Origin: Flavobacteriaceae bacterium TMED81
GTDB taxonomy: Bacteria; Bacteroidota; Bacteroidia; Flavobacteriales; Flavobacteriaceae
Reading direction: 5' to 3'
DNA: 45,149 nt
NCBI GenBank assembly: GCA_002171575.2
Contig: NHEI02000036.1
Location: 1 to 45,149 of the forward strand
Every line of letters starts with the position of its first letter. The first letter of the stretch is position 1. Shown piece after piece: positions 9,304-19,103 of this stretch. The position numbers and the translations under genes were made by a program. Under the pieces are notes generated by a model. That model saw only the letters and a list, made by a program, of their open reading frames with translations, made no database searches and was not told where the DNA came from.

Positions 9304-10583
9304 GTCAAATCTTTTAGTCGAAGACTTACAGCGTTTTTGTGTGCATACAAGCCCTCTGCATCAGCTAGGGTTTCTATCGAGGGTCCAAGGTCTTTCAAAC
9401 CTGTCTCGCTTATCTTTTGAAAGGTAATCGCCTTGAGAAAACTATCCAAGTTAACTCCACTGTATTGTTTGGCGTACCCATTGGTCGGTAAGGTGTGATT
9501 GGTCCCCGAAGCGTAATCACCTGCGCTTTCAGGAGTATAATTCCCAATAAACACTGATCCAGCGTTGGCCACCCCTTCGACAAACTTGTCTTCGTTGGCC
9601 ATACAAATGATATAGTGTTCGGGTCCGTATTCGTTGATAAAAGCAATGGCATCGGATTCAGCAGCAAAGTAAATGGCCGTTGAGTTTGCAAGTGCTTGTA
9701 CAGCGATTTCTTTTCTGGGAAGTGAATCCAACTGCTTTTGCACTTCGTCTTTTACCTTGTCAATGGTATCTTGACTGGTGCTGACCAATACCACTTGACT
9801 ATCTGTCCCGTGCTCTGCTTGTGACAGTAAGTCTGCTGCGACATAAGAAGGCACTGCTGTCTCGTCTGCGACGACCAGCAACTCACTCGGACCGGCGGGC
9901 ATATCGATTGAAACGCCGTATTGCGTTGCTTTTTGTTTGGCAGCAGTAACATATTGATTACCGGGTCCCAATATTTTATAAACCTGTGGAATCGTCTCTG
10001 TGCCAAAGGTCATCCCACCGATGGCTTGAATCCCCCCAACTTGAAATAAGCGGGTAAGGCCGCATTTATAAGCCGCATAGCGGATGGCTGGCGCAAGTTG
10101 ACCAGATTGATTTGGCGGCGTACACAGTACGATTTCACGACAACCAGCAATGGTAGCGGGTATGGCGAGCATAAGAATAGAAGAAAACAAAGGAGCTGTC
10201 CCTCCTGGGATATAAAGCCCGACTTTCTCGATTGGTCGTTTCTCTTGCCAACATGATACCCCCTCTTGCACATCAAGCTGTACGCGATCGGTTTGCTGCG
10301 CTTTGTGGAAGGCGTAGATATTGTCATAGGCCTTGTCAATTGCAGCTCGTAAATCAGCTGATAACTCGTTTTGAGCGCTTTTTAGATCGGCTAGGTCAAC
10401 TTCAATGCGCTCAGGTCGATAGCCATCAAATTTTTCGCTGTAGGCCTGTATGGCTTGATCGCCTTGCCGTTGAATTGCGCCAAAGACTTCGTCCACAACT
10501 GGCATGACATCATCTAAAGATGCTGTAGGGCGTGCAGTTAGCTCACCCCATTGATCGGTAGTTGGATTCAAAACCGTTTTCAT
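9300..10583 (-). CDS. hisD: histidinol dehydrogenase
   Basis: HisD motifs are present (AGPSE, QAEHG, GDY.SG.NH.LPT). The start is set at ATG 10583 (MKTVLNP), which forms an ATGA overlap with the hisG stop. The 25 upstream codons are not HisD-like. Confidence 0.9.
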   Translation of the reverse strand: MKTVLNPTTDQWGELTARPTASLDDVMPVVDEVFGAIQRQGDQAIQAYSEKFDGYRPERIEVDLADLKSAQNELSADLRAAIDKAYDNIYAFHKAQQTDRVQLDVQEGVSCWQEKRPIEKVGLYIPGGTAPLFSSILMLAIPATIAGCREIVLCTPPNQSGQLAPAIRYAAYKCGLTRLFQVGGIQAIGGMTFGTETIPQVYKILGPGNQYVTAAKQKATQYGVSIDMPAGPSELLVVADETAVPSYVAADLLSQAEHGTDSQVVLVSTSQDTIDKVKDEVQKQLDSLPRKEIAVQALANSTAIYFAAESDAIAFINEYGPEHYIICMANEDKFVEGVANAGSVFIGNYTPESAGDYASGTNHTLPTNGYAKQYSGVNLDSFLKAITFQKISETGLKDLGPSIETLADAEGLYAHKNAVSLRLKDLT

Positions 10584-11440
10584 AAGACCATTTTTTCTAC
10601 TGGGCAAACCAAAATATCTTGCGCACCAGCTGCTTTTAACTCGTCGATGACTTCCCAAAACGTCCCCTCATTGACCACAGAGTGCAGTGAGCTCCACCCT
10701 GGTTCGGCCAAAGGCAATACCGTTAGAGATTTTAATACAGGTAGTATCGACGATATCTTGTCAATACTCTCATTGGGAACATTCATCAAAATATACTTTG
10801 ACTGACGCCCTTTGAGTACGGACTGAATGCGGAATTGCAACTTTTTTAAGATGTCATTCTTTTCAGCATCCAAGGTACTGCTAGCTGCCAGAACGGCTTC
10901 GGATTTAAACAACACCTCGACTTCTTTAAGGTTGTTTTTAAACAAGGTAGAACCACTGGAAACAATATCGCAAACCGCATCAGATAAGCCAATATTCGGA
11001 GCGATTTCGACAGAACCATTGATGATGTGAAGTTCAGCGTCAATTCCTTTTTCTGCAAGAAACCCTTTCACTGTATTTGGATAAGAAGTAGCTATTTTCT
11101 TCCCTGTTAAGCTTTCAATGCCCTTGTAGGTATCCTCTTTTGGAACGGCGATTGATACCCGACATTTCGAAAAACCTAGCTTTTCTTTGATGGAGATATC
11201 GTCTCCTTTTTCAACCAGTAGATTTTCGCCAATGATCGCAATATCAACGACTCCATCACGGAGATATTGAGGAATATCTCCATTGCGCAAGTAGAAGATT
11301 TCCATAGGGAAATTACGAGCGACGGCTTTTAACTGGTCCTTTCCATTATCGATTGAAATTCCACAGTCATTGAGGAGGTTCAATGATTCATCATGTAGTC
11401 TTCCTGATTTTTGAACGGCGATGTGTAACTTTTTTTTCAC
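10580..11440 (-). CDS. hisG: ATP phosphoribosyltransferase (long form)
   Basis: The 286-aa ORF uses a GTG start and reads MKKKLHIAVQKSGRL..., with a C-terminal regulatory domain. It is the first gene of the his operon. Confidence 0.9.
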   Translation of the reverse strand: MKKKLHIAVQKSGRLHDESLNLLNDCGISIDNGKDQLKAVARNFPMEIFYLRNGDIPQYLRDGVVDIAIIGENLLVEKGDDISIKEKLGFSKCRVSIAVPKEDTYKGIESLTGKKIATSYPNTVKGFLAEKGIDAELHIINGSVEIAPNIGLSDAVCDIVSSGSTLFKNNLKEVEVLFKSEAVLAASSTLDAEKNDILKKLQFRIQSVLKGRQSKYILMNVPNESIDKISSILPVLKSLTVLPLAEPGWSSLHSVVNEGTFWEVIDELKAAGAQDILVCPVEKMVL

Positions 11441-11459
11441 GATTTCAATTTATACAAAC

Positions 11460-11491
11460 AAAAAAACCCGCTTGAATCTCAAACGGGTTTT
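11460..11491 (-). terminator. intrinsic terminator of the his attenuator
   Basis: Minus-strand RNA forms AAAACCCGUUUGA-GAU-UCAAGCGGGUUUU, which is 13 bp including one G-U. It runs into a U7 tract that ends about 20 nt before the hisG GTG. Confidence 0.75.
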
Positions 11492-11514
11492 GAATAAGTT
11501 ATATCATATCCAAC

Positions 11515-11568
11515 TCAACTCGTCTGAGACAAGGCAAATAAGTGATGGATATGTGTGTTTTTTTTCAT
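11515..11568 (-). CDS. his operon leader peptide (17 aa, MKKNTHIHHLFALSQTS)
   Basis: Hand translation of the minus strand shows three His codons within four positions. The ORF ends inside the segment that can pair with the terminator 5' arm. Confidence 0.6.
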   Translation of the reverse strand: MKKNTHIHHLFALSQTS

Positions 11569-11576
11569 TTCGATTG

Positions 11577-11584
11577 CAAATATC
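11577..11584 (-). promoter_or_regulatory. candidate -7 box GAtaTTTG upstream of the his leader
   Basis: One mismatch to TAnnTTTG. The box sits just upstream of the leader ATG, with the closing G 9 nt from the A of the ATG. Confidence 0.3.
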
Positions 11585-11605
11585 AAACAAAATTTTGAAA
11601 AAAAC

Positions 11606-12424
11606 CTATTGATTGCCCAAAATTATGGGTAAACCATCTTCTCCACTTCCGATCACAATCACTTTCGCATTGGTCGATTCTGACAATTGTAGCGTAGCTT
11701 CTATCCCCTTTTCAAGAAGGATATTTTGGGTTAGGGAAGCATTTAGAATTCGGTTGGCCATTGCTTTACCTTCTGCTTCAATCCGTACTTTCTCTGCTTC
11801 TTTTGTTGCTTTTTCTAATCGAAACTCATACTCTAGTGATTCTTGCTCTTGGGTGAGTTTACGTTGAATCGCTTCTTTGATTGAAGGCGGTAGGGTGACA
11901 TCACGTACCAAGACCGCGTTGATTTGTACGAACTGTGGTTCTACCTTCTTTTTAGTTTCCTCAAAAATCTCGTTTTGAATTGCATCTCGTTTTGAAGAGT
12001 ATAACTGTTCTGGTGTATAACGCCCAATCACCGAACGAGCAACGGCACGTATCTCTGGAACGATTACGATATTAAGGTAGTCCTCGCCTTTGGTTTTGTG
12101 TAACAGTCCCAAATCGTCAATAATTGGTTGATAGAGCACAGAAACATCAAGAGAAATTTCAAGACCATTAGAAGACAAAACACGCATACCGCTTTCAAAT
12201 TCTTCTTGTTGCTTGATGTTATAAACATACACCTTATTCCAAGGCGCAATAATATGAAAACCCTCCGATAAGGCTGGTTTGTCAGTAACGGTACCACCAC
12301 CAAATCGCTTCCATACGACTCCAGCTTCTCCATAGCCGATATTTACAGCAGAGCGAAAAAGGATAATGAGTGTAACAAAAAGCAATACAGTGATTGGTAG
12401 TCCAAGTTTAGGTAAATTATTCAT
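11606..12424 (-). CDS. SPFH/band-7 (prohibitin-like) membrane protein
   Basis: The 272-aa ORF has an N-terminal TM helix followed by an SPFH domain and a coiled Glu/Lys-rich segment. Confidence 0.85.
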   Translation of the reverse strand: MNNLPKLGLPITVLLFVTLIILFRSAVNIGYGEAGVVWKRFGGGTVTDKPALSEGFHIIAPWNKVYVYNIKQQEEFESGMRVLSSNGLEISLDVSVLYQPIIDDLGLLHKTKGEDYLNIVIVPEIRAVARSVIGRYTPEQLYSSKRDAIQNEIFEETKKKVEPQFVQINAVLVRDVTLPPSIKEAIQRKLTQEQESLEYEFRLEKATKEAEKVRIEAEGKAMANRILNASLTQNILLEKGIEATLQLSESTNAKVIVIGSGEDGLPIILGNQ

Positions 12425-12442
12425 TGATATATATTAAAAAAG

Positions 12443-13189
12443 TTAAGTAAGCATTCCTCCATCTACATTGATTACCTGTCCAGTGATGTAGCTAGATAGG
12501 TCCGAAGCCAAAAATACGCATGCATTGGCTACGTCATTTGGCGTTCCACCCCGCTTGAGCGGAATTCCGGCACGCCATCCTGCGACAACTTCTTCTGAAA
12601 GTTTTGCAGTCATTTCTGTTTCGATAAAGCCCGGAGCAATCACGTTGCAACGGATGTTTCGCGATCCAAGTTCAAGGGCAACAGACTTCGAAAAGCCAAT
12701 AATTCCCGCTTTGGATGCTGCGTAATTTGATTGTCCAGCGTTCCCTTTTACCCCAACAACAGAGCTCATATTGATGATACTGCCATGTCGCTGTTTTAAC
12801 ATCGTGCGCTGCACGGCTTTGGTGAGGTTAAAGACAGATTTCAAATTGACTTCAATCACCTTGTCAAAATCCTCTTCTGAAATGCGCATCAGCAGATTGT
12901 CCTTGGTGATTCCCGCATTGTTGATCAACACGTCAATCGTGCTGAAATCTGCGAGGACGTTTTCGACAAGCTCTTGGGCTTGTTCAAAGTCTGCAGCATT
13001 GGATTGATATCCTTTGGCTTGCACACCAAGTGCTTTTAGTTCTGTCTCGAGTGCATTGGCAGCATCTACAGAAGAGCTATAGGTAAACACCACGTTGGCA
13101 CCATGCTCCGCAAAAACAGTTGCAATTCCTTTTCCGATGCCACGACTTGCACCAGTGATTAAAACGGTCTTGTTTTCGAGTAGTTTCAT
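12443..13189 (-). CDS. fabG: 3-oxoacyl-ACP reductase
   Basis: The 248-aa SDR has TGASRGIG, NNAG and YAASKAG motifs. Confidence 0.85.
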   Translation of the reverse strand: MKLLENKTVLITGASRGIGKGIATVFAEHGANVVFTYSSSVDAANALETELKALGVQAKGYQSNAADFEQAQELVENVLADFSTIDVLINNAGITKDNLLMRISEEDFDKVIEVNLKSVFNLTKAVQRTMLKQRHGSIINMSSVVGVKGNAGQSNYAASKAGIIGFSKSVALELGSRNIRCNVIAPGFIETEMTAKLSEEVVAGWRAGIPLKRGGTPNDVANACVFLASDLSSYITGQVINVDGGMLT

Positions 13190-13193
13190 TGGT

Positions 13194-14066
13194 TTAGTTT
13201 AGGATTTGAGCTACTTTTTTTCCGATTTCAGCTGGAGAGTCCACAACGTGAATCCCACATTCTGACATGATTTGCTTTTTGGCTTCTGCAGTGTCCTCTG
13301 CCCCACCAACAATCGCACCTGCATGACCCATGGTTCGGCCTTTAGGAGCAGTTTCTCCTGCGATAAACCCAACAACTGGCTTTGGATTGCCTTGTTCATG
13401 TACCCAACGAGCTGCATCAGCTTCGAGTTGCCCGCCGATTTCACCAATCATAACGATACACTCTGTTTCGTCGTCATTCATCAGCAGTTCAACGGCCTCT
13501 TTGGTTGTTGTTCCAATGATGGGGTCACCGCCAATCCCGATTGCAGTGGTAATCCCAAGGCCTTCTTTCACAACTTGATCAGCAGCTTCATAGGTCAGGG
13601 TTCCCGATTTGGACACGATGCCCACATTTCCTTTCTTAAATACAAAGCCGGGCATAATGCCAACTTTAGCTTCTTCTGGAGTGATCACACCAGGACAATT
13701 GGGCCCGACTAGGCGTGCGTTGCGTTCTTTGACATACGCAGATGCTTTGACCATATCAGCGACAGGGATTCCCTCTGTGATGGTTACAATGACCTGAATA
13801 CCGGCATCTGCAGCTTCCATGATGGCATCTGCGGCAAAAGCAGGGGGTACAAAGATGATGGATGTATCTGCTCCAACGGCATCAACAGCATCTTTGACCG
13901 TGTTGAACACAGGTTTATCCAAATGGGTTTGTCCACCTTTCCCAGGCGTAACTCCACCAACGACCTGCGTGCCATAGGCAATCATTTGTTCGGCGTGAAA
14001 GCTTCCTTCACTCCCTGTAAATCCTTGTACGATAATTTTTGAGTCTTTATTGACGAGTACGCTCAT
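13194..14066 (-). CDS. sucD: succinate--CoA ligase subunit alpha
   Basis: The 290-aa ORF reads [12 protein letters not shown], and MGHAGAI contains the phosphohistidine loop. Confidence 0.92.
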   Translation of the reverse strand: MSVLVNKDSKIIVQGFTGSEGSFHAEQMIAYGTQVVGGVTPGKGGQTHLDKPVFNTVKDAVDAVGADTSIIFVPPAFAADAIMEAADAGIQVIVTITEGIPVADMVKASAYVKERNARLVGPNCPGVITPEEAKVGIMPGFVFKKGNVGIVSKSGTLTYEAADQVVKEGLGITTAIGIGGDPIIGTTTKEAVELLMNDDETECIVMIGEIGGQLEADAARWVHEQGNPKPVVGFIAGETAPKGRTMGHAGAIVGGAEDTAEAKKQIMSECGIHVVDSPAEIGKKVAQILN

Positions 14067-14068
14067 AG

Positions 14069-14638
14069 TTATTCCTTGATTCGTTCGATATAGCTTGATT
14101 TTTCGGTGTCTACTTTGATCTTATCTCCTTCGTTGATAAACAAAGGGACATTAATTTTAGCGCCAGTTTCCAATGTAGCGGGCTTGGTCGCATTGGTTGC
14201 GGTATTGCCCTTTACGCCGGGCTCACTGTGTGTAACCTCTAATATCACGCTGGCGGGCATGTCGACAGACAATGGAATCCCATCATCATCGGAATTGGTC
14301 ATCACAGTAACATGCTCACCTTCCCTGAGCAGTTCTGGAGCGTCTAATATGCTTTTTTGAAGTTCGATTTGATTGTAGTCATCGGTATTCATAAAATGAT
14401 AGGTCTCCCCATCATTGTATAAAAACTGAAACTTGCGGGTTTCAACACGAACATCATCGATTTTATGACCTGCTGAAAAGGTATTATCAATCACTTTTCC
14501 ACTGGTAACACTTTTTAGTTTTGTTCGAACAAAGGCAGGGCCTTTTCCCGGTTTGACGTGTAAAAACTCAATAATTTTAAAAATATCATTGTTGTAGCGA
14601 ATGCAAAGTCCTTTGCGAATGTCAGAAGTTGATGCCAT
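14069..14638 (-). CDS. efp: elongation factor P
   Basis: The 189-aa ORF has the [15 protein letters not shown] motif. Confidence 0.92.
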   Translation of the reverse strand: MASTSDIRKGLCIRYNNDIFKIIEFLHVKPGKGPAFVRTKLKSVTSGKVIDNTFSAGHKIDDVRVETRKFQFLYNDGETYHFMNTDDYNQIELQKSILDAPELLREGEHVTVMTNSDDDGIPLSVDMPASVILEVTHSEPGVKGNTATNATKPATLETGAKINVPLFINEGDKIKVDTEKSSYIERIKE

Positions 14639-14641
14639 GCG

Positions 14642-15427
14642 TTATGATGTTTTGGAATATCCTTTCATAATCCCCCGTTGTGAATCCCGAATAAATTGTA
14701 AAATCTCATCTCTTTCAGACGAAACTTCCATTTCTGCTTCGATAATTTCCACCGCTTGGGTATTGTTGTAACTTTTTTGATAGAGGATTCGATAAATATT
14801 TTGAATCTCTCTGATTTTTTCACTTGTAAAACCACGACGACGAAGTCCAACGGAGTTGATCCCCACATAGGAGATTGGCTCACGTGCAGCTTTGACAAAA
14901 GGCGGAACATCTTTTCGAACCAAAGACCCCCCAGCGATAAAAGAGTGACTTCCCACAGAACAGAACTGATGGACAGCCGTCATTCCAGCCAAAATCACAT
15001 GATCGCCAATGGTGATATGCCCAGCCAGTGTGCTATTGTTGGAAAAAATACAATGGTTACCAACAATGCAATCGTGTGCGATGTGAGAATAGGCCATAAT
15101 CAGGCAGTTTTCACCAATCATTGTTTTCCCTCTTGAAGACGTTCCTCTGTTGATGGTTACACATTCCCGAATGGTGGTATTATCCCCGATTTCGGCAGTA
15201 GAGTCTTCTCCATTAAACTTTAAATCTTGCGGGACAGCGGAAATTACAGAACCGGGAAAAATCGAACAATTTTTTCCAATGCGCGCCCCTTCCATAATCG
15301 TAACGTTTGATCCAATCCAAGTACCTTCTCCAATTTCAACATTTTTGTCAATGGTGGTAAAGGGTTCAATGACGACATTTTTGGCAATTACGGCTCTCGG
15401 GTGGACGTATGCAAGCGGTTGGTTCAT
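14642..15427 (-). CDS. lpxA: acyl-ACP--UDP-N-acetylglucosamine O-acyltransferase
   Basis: The 261-aa ORF has hexapeptide repeats and an LpxA C-terminal helical domain. It sits in the lpx operon. Confidence 0.9.
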   Translation of the reverse strand: MNQPLAYVHPRAVIAKNVVIEPFTTIDKNVEIGEGTWIGSNVTIMEGARIGKNCSIFPGSVISAVPQDLKFNGEDSTAEIGDNTTIRECVTINRGTSSRGKTMIGENCLIMAYSHIAHDCIVGNHCIFSNNSTLAGHITIGDHVILAGMTAVHQFCSVGSHSFIAGGSLVRKDVPPFVKAAREPISYVGINSVGLRRRGFTSEKIREIQNIYRILYQKSYNNTQAVEIIEAEMEVSSERDEILQFIRDSQRGIMKGYSKTS

Positions 15428-16824
15428 ATCTTAACTTGATTTTTCTTGACAATTTGTGCCATCATTTCCGCTTCGGTGGTCAATCGCCCGCGACTGTATG
15501 CATAGGCCTGCATATGGCAGATTCCCCTTCTGATTGGAGATAGGAGTTCCAACTTAAAAACAAGGGTGTCGCCGGGAACAACGGGGTGCTTAAACTTAGC
15601 GTTTTCAATTTTCATGAAAAAAGTGAGATAGTTTTCTGGGTCGGGAACGGAATTGAGAACCAATACTCCACCAGCTTGTGCCATTGCCTCGATTTGGAGG
15701 ACACCCGGCATTACAGGTTGACCTGGAAAATGTCCCTGAAAAAAGGGTTCGTTCATGGTCACACTTTTAACAGCTATGACATGTTTTTTACTGATCTCAA
15801 GGATTTTATCAACCAACAAAAAAGGAGGTCGGTGAGGTAAGATATCCATGATCTGATTCACATCCAGCGCTGGCTCAGCGTTTAAGTCATAATTAGGAAC
15901 GTGATTTCTCTTTTCTTCCTTGATGATTTTGGCCATTTTTTTGGCAAACTGTGTGTTGATTGCATGACCAGGTTTTGAAGCAATGACCTTTCCACGAATT
16001 CGAGTTCCAATCAATGCCAAATCTCCAATTACATCCAATAGTTTGTGACGCGCTGCCTCATTGGGATAATGAAGGGTAAGGTTGTCTAGAGTCCCATTGG
16101 GTTTTACAGAGATCGATTTTTTATTAAATGCTTTACGCAAACGATCCATGGTTTCTTCAGACAATTCTTTATCAACATACACAATGGCATTGTTGAGGTC
16201 TCCACCTTTGATTAAACCACTTGACAAGAGGTTTTCAAGTTCATGAAGAAAGCTAAATGTGCGCGCATTGGCAAACTCTTTTTTGAATTGGCTGAGTTTT
16301 TTAAGGTTTGCATTTTGGGTAGCAAGTACTTTAGTTCCAAAATCAACCATGGTGGTAACCTCATAATTGTCAGCGGGCAACAAGGTAATTTCACTCCCCG
16401 ATTCGTCACAAGTGTAGGTGATATTCTCTTTGACGATATATTCCTCACGCTCTGCATCAAGCGCTTTCACACCAACTTTGTCGATCGCTTCGACAAAAAA
16501 TTTGGATGAGCCATCCATAATCGGAGGTTCAGAAGCGTTTAGTTCAATGAGTACATTGTCAACTTCACAGCCAACAAGGGCTGCTAAGACGTGTTCACTT
16601 GTTTGGATGGTCACGCCTTTTTTTTGGAGACTTGTTCCTCGTTTGGTATCTGCAACATGCTGAGCAAGTGCTTCGATAATCGGGCTGCCCTCCAGATCGA
16701 TGCGTTGAAAAGCATAGCCGTGGTTGGCTGGGGCTGGCTTAAAAGTCATCGTGACTTCTTCTCCAGTATGTATACCTACTCCTTTGAGAGTAATCGCATT
16801 TGCAATCGTAGTTTGTTTAGCCAT
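15424..16824 (-). CDS. lpxC/fabZ: bifunctional UDP-3-O-acyl-GlcNAc deacetylase / 3-hydroxyacyl-ACP dehydratase
   Basis: The 466-aa ORF has an LpxC N-terminus (GVGIHTG, HKLLD.IGDL) and a FabZ C-terminus ([18 protein letters not shown]). This fusion is typical of Bacteroidota. Confidence 0.9.
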   Translation of the reverse strand: MAKQTTIANAITLKGVGIHTGEEVTMTFKPAPANHGYAFQRIDLEGSPIIEALAQHVADTKRGTSLQKKGVTIQTSEHVLAALVGCEVDNVLIELNASEPPIMDGSSKFFVEAIDKVGVKALDAEREEYIVKENITYTCDESGSEITLLPADNYEVTTMVDFGTKVLATQNANLKKLSQFKKEFANARTFSFLHELENLLSSGLIKGGDLNNAIVYVDKELSEETMDRLRKAFNKKSISVKPNGTLDNLTLHYPNEAARHKLLDVIGDLALIGTRIRGKVIASKPGHAINTQFAKKMAKIIKEEKRNHVPNYDLNAEPALDVNQIMDILPHRPPFLLVDKILEISKKHVIAVKSVTMNEPFFQGHFPGQPVMPGVLQIEAMAQAGGVLVLNSVPDPENYLTFFMKIENAKFKHPVVPGDTLVFKLELLSPIRRGICHMQAYAYSRGRLTTEAEMMAQIVKKNQVKI

Positions 16825-17845
16825 TTTCAGGTTGATTTTTTTGGAGTTTATGAAGCGTTTCGATATGCTTCGGTAGATTTTTGAAGTGGACGTAAGATTT
16901 GTTGTAGGATCGATAGTCCAGTGCAGGATAGCCCATTACCTTTTCATCATCTTTTAGATTGCGGAGCACCCCTGTTTTGGCTTGGATTTGCACACGGTCA
17001 CCAATTTTGAGGTGACCCGCAATGCCGGCTTGCCCACCAATCACACAATGACTTCCAATCTTGGTAGACCCAGCAACACCCGATTGAGCTGCAATAACAG
17101 TATGAGATCCGATTTCAACATTGTGGGCGATTTGAATCAAATTGTCAAGTTTGACACCTTTTCGAATGATGGTTTGCCCGAGTGTTGCCCGATCGATCGT
17201 CGTGTTTGCCCCGATTTCAACATCATCTTCAATCAAGACTGAACCCGTTTGGGGAACCTTCTCATAAGAGCCCGTGGCAGTGGGACTAAACCCAAAGCCG
17301 TCTGAACCAACCACTACGTTGTTGTGGAGAATACAATTGGCTCCGATTCTAGATTGTCGTAAAATTTTTGTGCCAGAGAAAATCGTGGTATTATCGCCAA
17401 TAATCACATCGGATTCGATAACCACATGCTCATGGATTTTGACGTTATTTCCAATTTTCACCCCATTTTGGATAACTGTAAAAGCCCCAACATAGGAGTT
17501 TTTTCCAATGATAACTGAGGGATCAATTACAGTGTGATTGTGAATGCCATTGAACTCTTTTGCGGCGCCATTAAACTGACTGAGCATCGTGGTAAACGAC
17601 TGATAAGGGTCTGAAACTTTGATCAGAGTCGTGTGAAATTCTTTTTCTGGTTGGAAGCTTTCACTAACAAGCGTAATACTGGCTTTGGTCGAATAGACAA
17701 AGGGGGTGTACTTCGGGTTTGCTAAAAAAGCAAGTGACCCTTCTGTTGCTTCTTCAATTTTTGCTAATGTAGAAACGCGAGCGTCTTTATTTCCCACTAT
17801 AGAGCCGTCTAGGATTTCAGCAATCTGAGAAGCAGTGTATTCCAT
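16817..17845 (-). CDS. lpxD: UDP-3-O-acylglucosamine N-acyltransferase
   Basis: The 342-aa ORF has hexapeptide repeats and an LpxD-type N-terminal domain. Confidence 0.9.
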   Translation of the reverse strand: MEYTASQIAEILDGSIVGNKDARVSTLAKIEEATEGSLAFLANPKYTPFVYSTKASITLVSESFQPEKEFHTTLIKVSDPYQSFTTMLSQFNGAAKEFNGIHNHTVIDPSVIIGKNSYVGAFTVIQNGVKIGNNVKIHEHVVIESDVIIGDNTTIFSGTKILRQSRIGANCILHNNVVVGSDGFGFSPTATGSYEKVPQTGSVLIEDDVEIGANTTIDRATLGQTIIRKGVKLDNLIQIAHNVEIGSHTVIAAQSGVAGSTKIGSHCVIGGQAGIAGHLKIGDRVQIQAKTGVLRNLKDDEKVMGYPALDYRSYNKSYVHFKNLPKHIETLHKLQKNQPENG

Positions 17846-17872
17846 CGGAGCAAAAATAACAAAATTGCAAGA

Positions 17873-19075
17873 CTATTTGTGATAACAACAGTAATACTTG
17901 GTTACGGGCTTGGTGAGCATTTTTAAATTTGATTCATCTGACCCTGCCAATAACTCTTTGGTACCCCCATTCTTGTCAATCAGTATAATTGGAGATTGCT
18001 GCAAATTGTATGCCATATTTTTCATCTTCCCATCAAACACAAAGTAGGATAACTCCTCAGTGGGTATGCCCAACTTGGACACCGCTTTGTCTTTTTGTTT
18101 TTCAATAAAATCAGTGGAGAACGGCTCGTTGCTGACTTCAATTTTTGGCAAACGACGATTTAGAACCATCTCGCATAGTGCCGAATACACAGGGTCGTGG
18201 TGATTGACCCCTGCTTTGATCATGGAAAGTATGTCCACGTCGTCAATTGCTGCATAGTGCTTCATATCAATCTGTAGTCTTGAAGAACGTGTGGCGGATA
18301 AAAAGTAGAGGATATCAGTAGACGCCTGGATGGTGTCCCCATTTTGCAACAGTGCTCTAGCACGTAATATGATACGTTTCAGCACTTCCTCTGCCACATA
18401 ACTCGTTTTGTGAAGATAAACCGACCAATACATCAAGCGTCTTGCGAGTAAAAACTTTTCAATCGAATACATTCCCTTTTCTTCAACAACCAATTCATCT
18501 TGATGTACCCGTAACATGGCAATAATCCGGTCGGTACTGATGTTGCCTTCTGTAACACCAGAATAGAAACTGTCTCGCTTTAAGTAATCCAATCGATCCA
18601 TATCCAATTGAGAAGAAATCAATTGATTGAAAAAAGGGCGCTTGTATTTCCCTTCAAACATTTGGATTGCCAGATTGAGTTTTCCGTCATATTTGTCATT
18701 GAGCATTTTCATCAGCGAAAGTGACCAAAATTCATGGGAAACATTCTCGATCAATACACCTTCGAGGGCATGGGAAAAGGGACCATGACCCAAGTCATGA
18801 AGAAGAATAGCAATCATGGCGGCTTCCCGTTCGCTTTCTGAAATGGGAGTTCCTTTTGAAGTTAGGATTTCAAGAGTTTTGCGCATTAGATGCATCGCCC
18901 CAAGGGCGTGAGCAAAACGGTGGTGTGTAGCTCCATTAAAGACATAGTGAGACAAGCCCATCTGCTGAATTCGTCGGAGTCGCTGAAACACAGGTTCTTG
19001 GATAATGTTGGAAATAAACGGTGTAGGAATTGAAATAAAACCGTAAATTGGATCGTTATAATTTTTGAGTCTCAA
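17873..19075 (-). CDS. HD-domain phosphohydrolase
   Basis: Reads NDPIYGFISIP ... RLRRIQQMG ... HHRFAHALG ... LLHDLGHGPFSH. The track ORF runs to 19384, but those 103 codons overlap porX antisense. I chose TTG at 19075 (MRLKNYNDPIYGF) because it sits just downstream of a perfect -7 box. Confidence 0.8.
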   Translation of the reverse strand: MRLKNYNDPIYGFISIPTPFISNIIQEPVFQRLRRIQQMGLSHYVFNGATHHRFAHALGAMHLMRKTLEILTSKGTPISESEREAAMIAILLHDLGHGPFSHALEGVLIENVSHEFWSLSLMKMLNDKYDGKLNLAIQMFEGKYKRPFFNQLISSQLDMDRLDYLKRDSFYSGVTEGNISTDRIIAMLRVHQDELVVEEKGMYSIEKFLLARRLMYWSVYLHKTSYVAEEVLKRIILRARALLQNGDTIQASTDILYFLSATRSSRLQIDMKHYAAIDDVDILSMIKAGVNHHDPVYSALCEMVLNRRLPKIEVSNEPFSTDFIEKQKDKAVSKLGIPTEELSYFVFDGKMKNMAYNLQQSPIILIDKNGGTKELLAGSDESNLKMLTKPVTKYYCCYHK

Positions 19076-19090
19076 ACAGTAGAATTTAAA

Positions 19091-19098
19091 CAAATATA
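19091..19098 (-). promoter_or_regulatory. candidate -7 box TAtaTTTG for the HD-lpxD operon
   Basis: Exact TAnnTTTG on the minus strand, about 16 nt upstream of the TTG at 19075. Confidence 0.4.
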
Positions 19099-19103
19099 CG
19101 AAT

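Noticed and set aside
13272-13712. A 146-aa ORF antisense to sucD. Similar antisense ORFs lie inside ppc, parC, dsbD and argG.
   Set aside because: All of them lie inside strongly supported conserved genes and show no domain signatures. They are treated as shadow ORFs.
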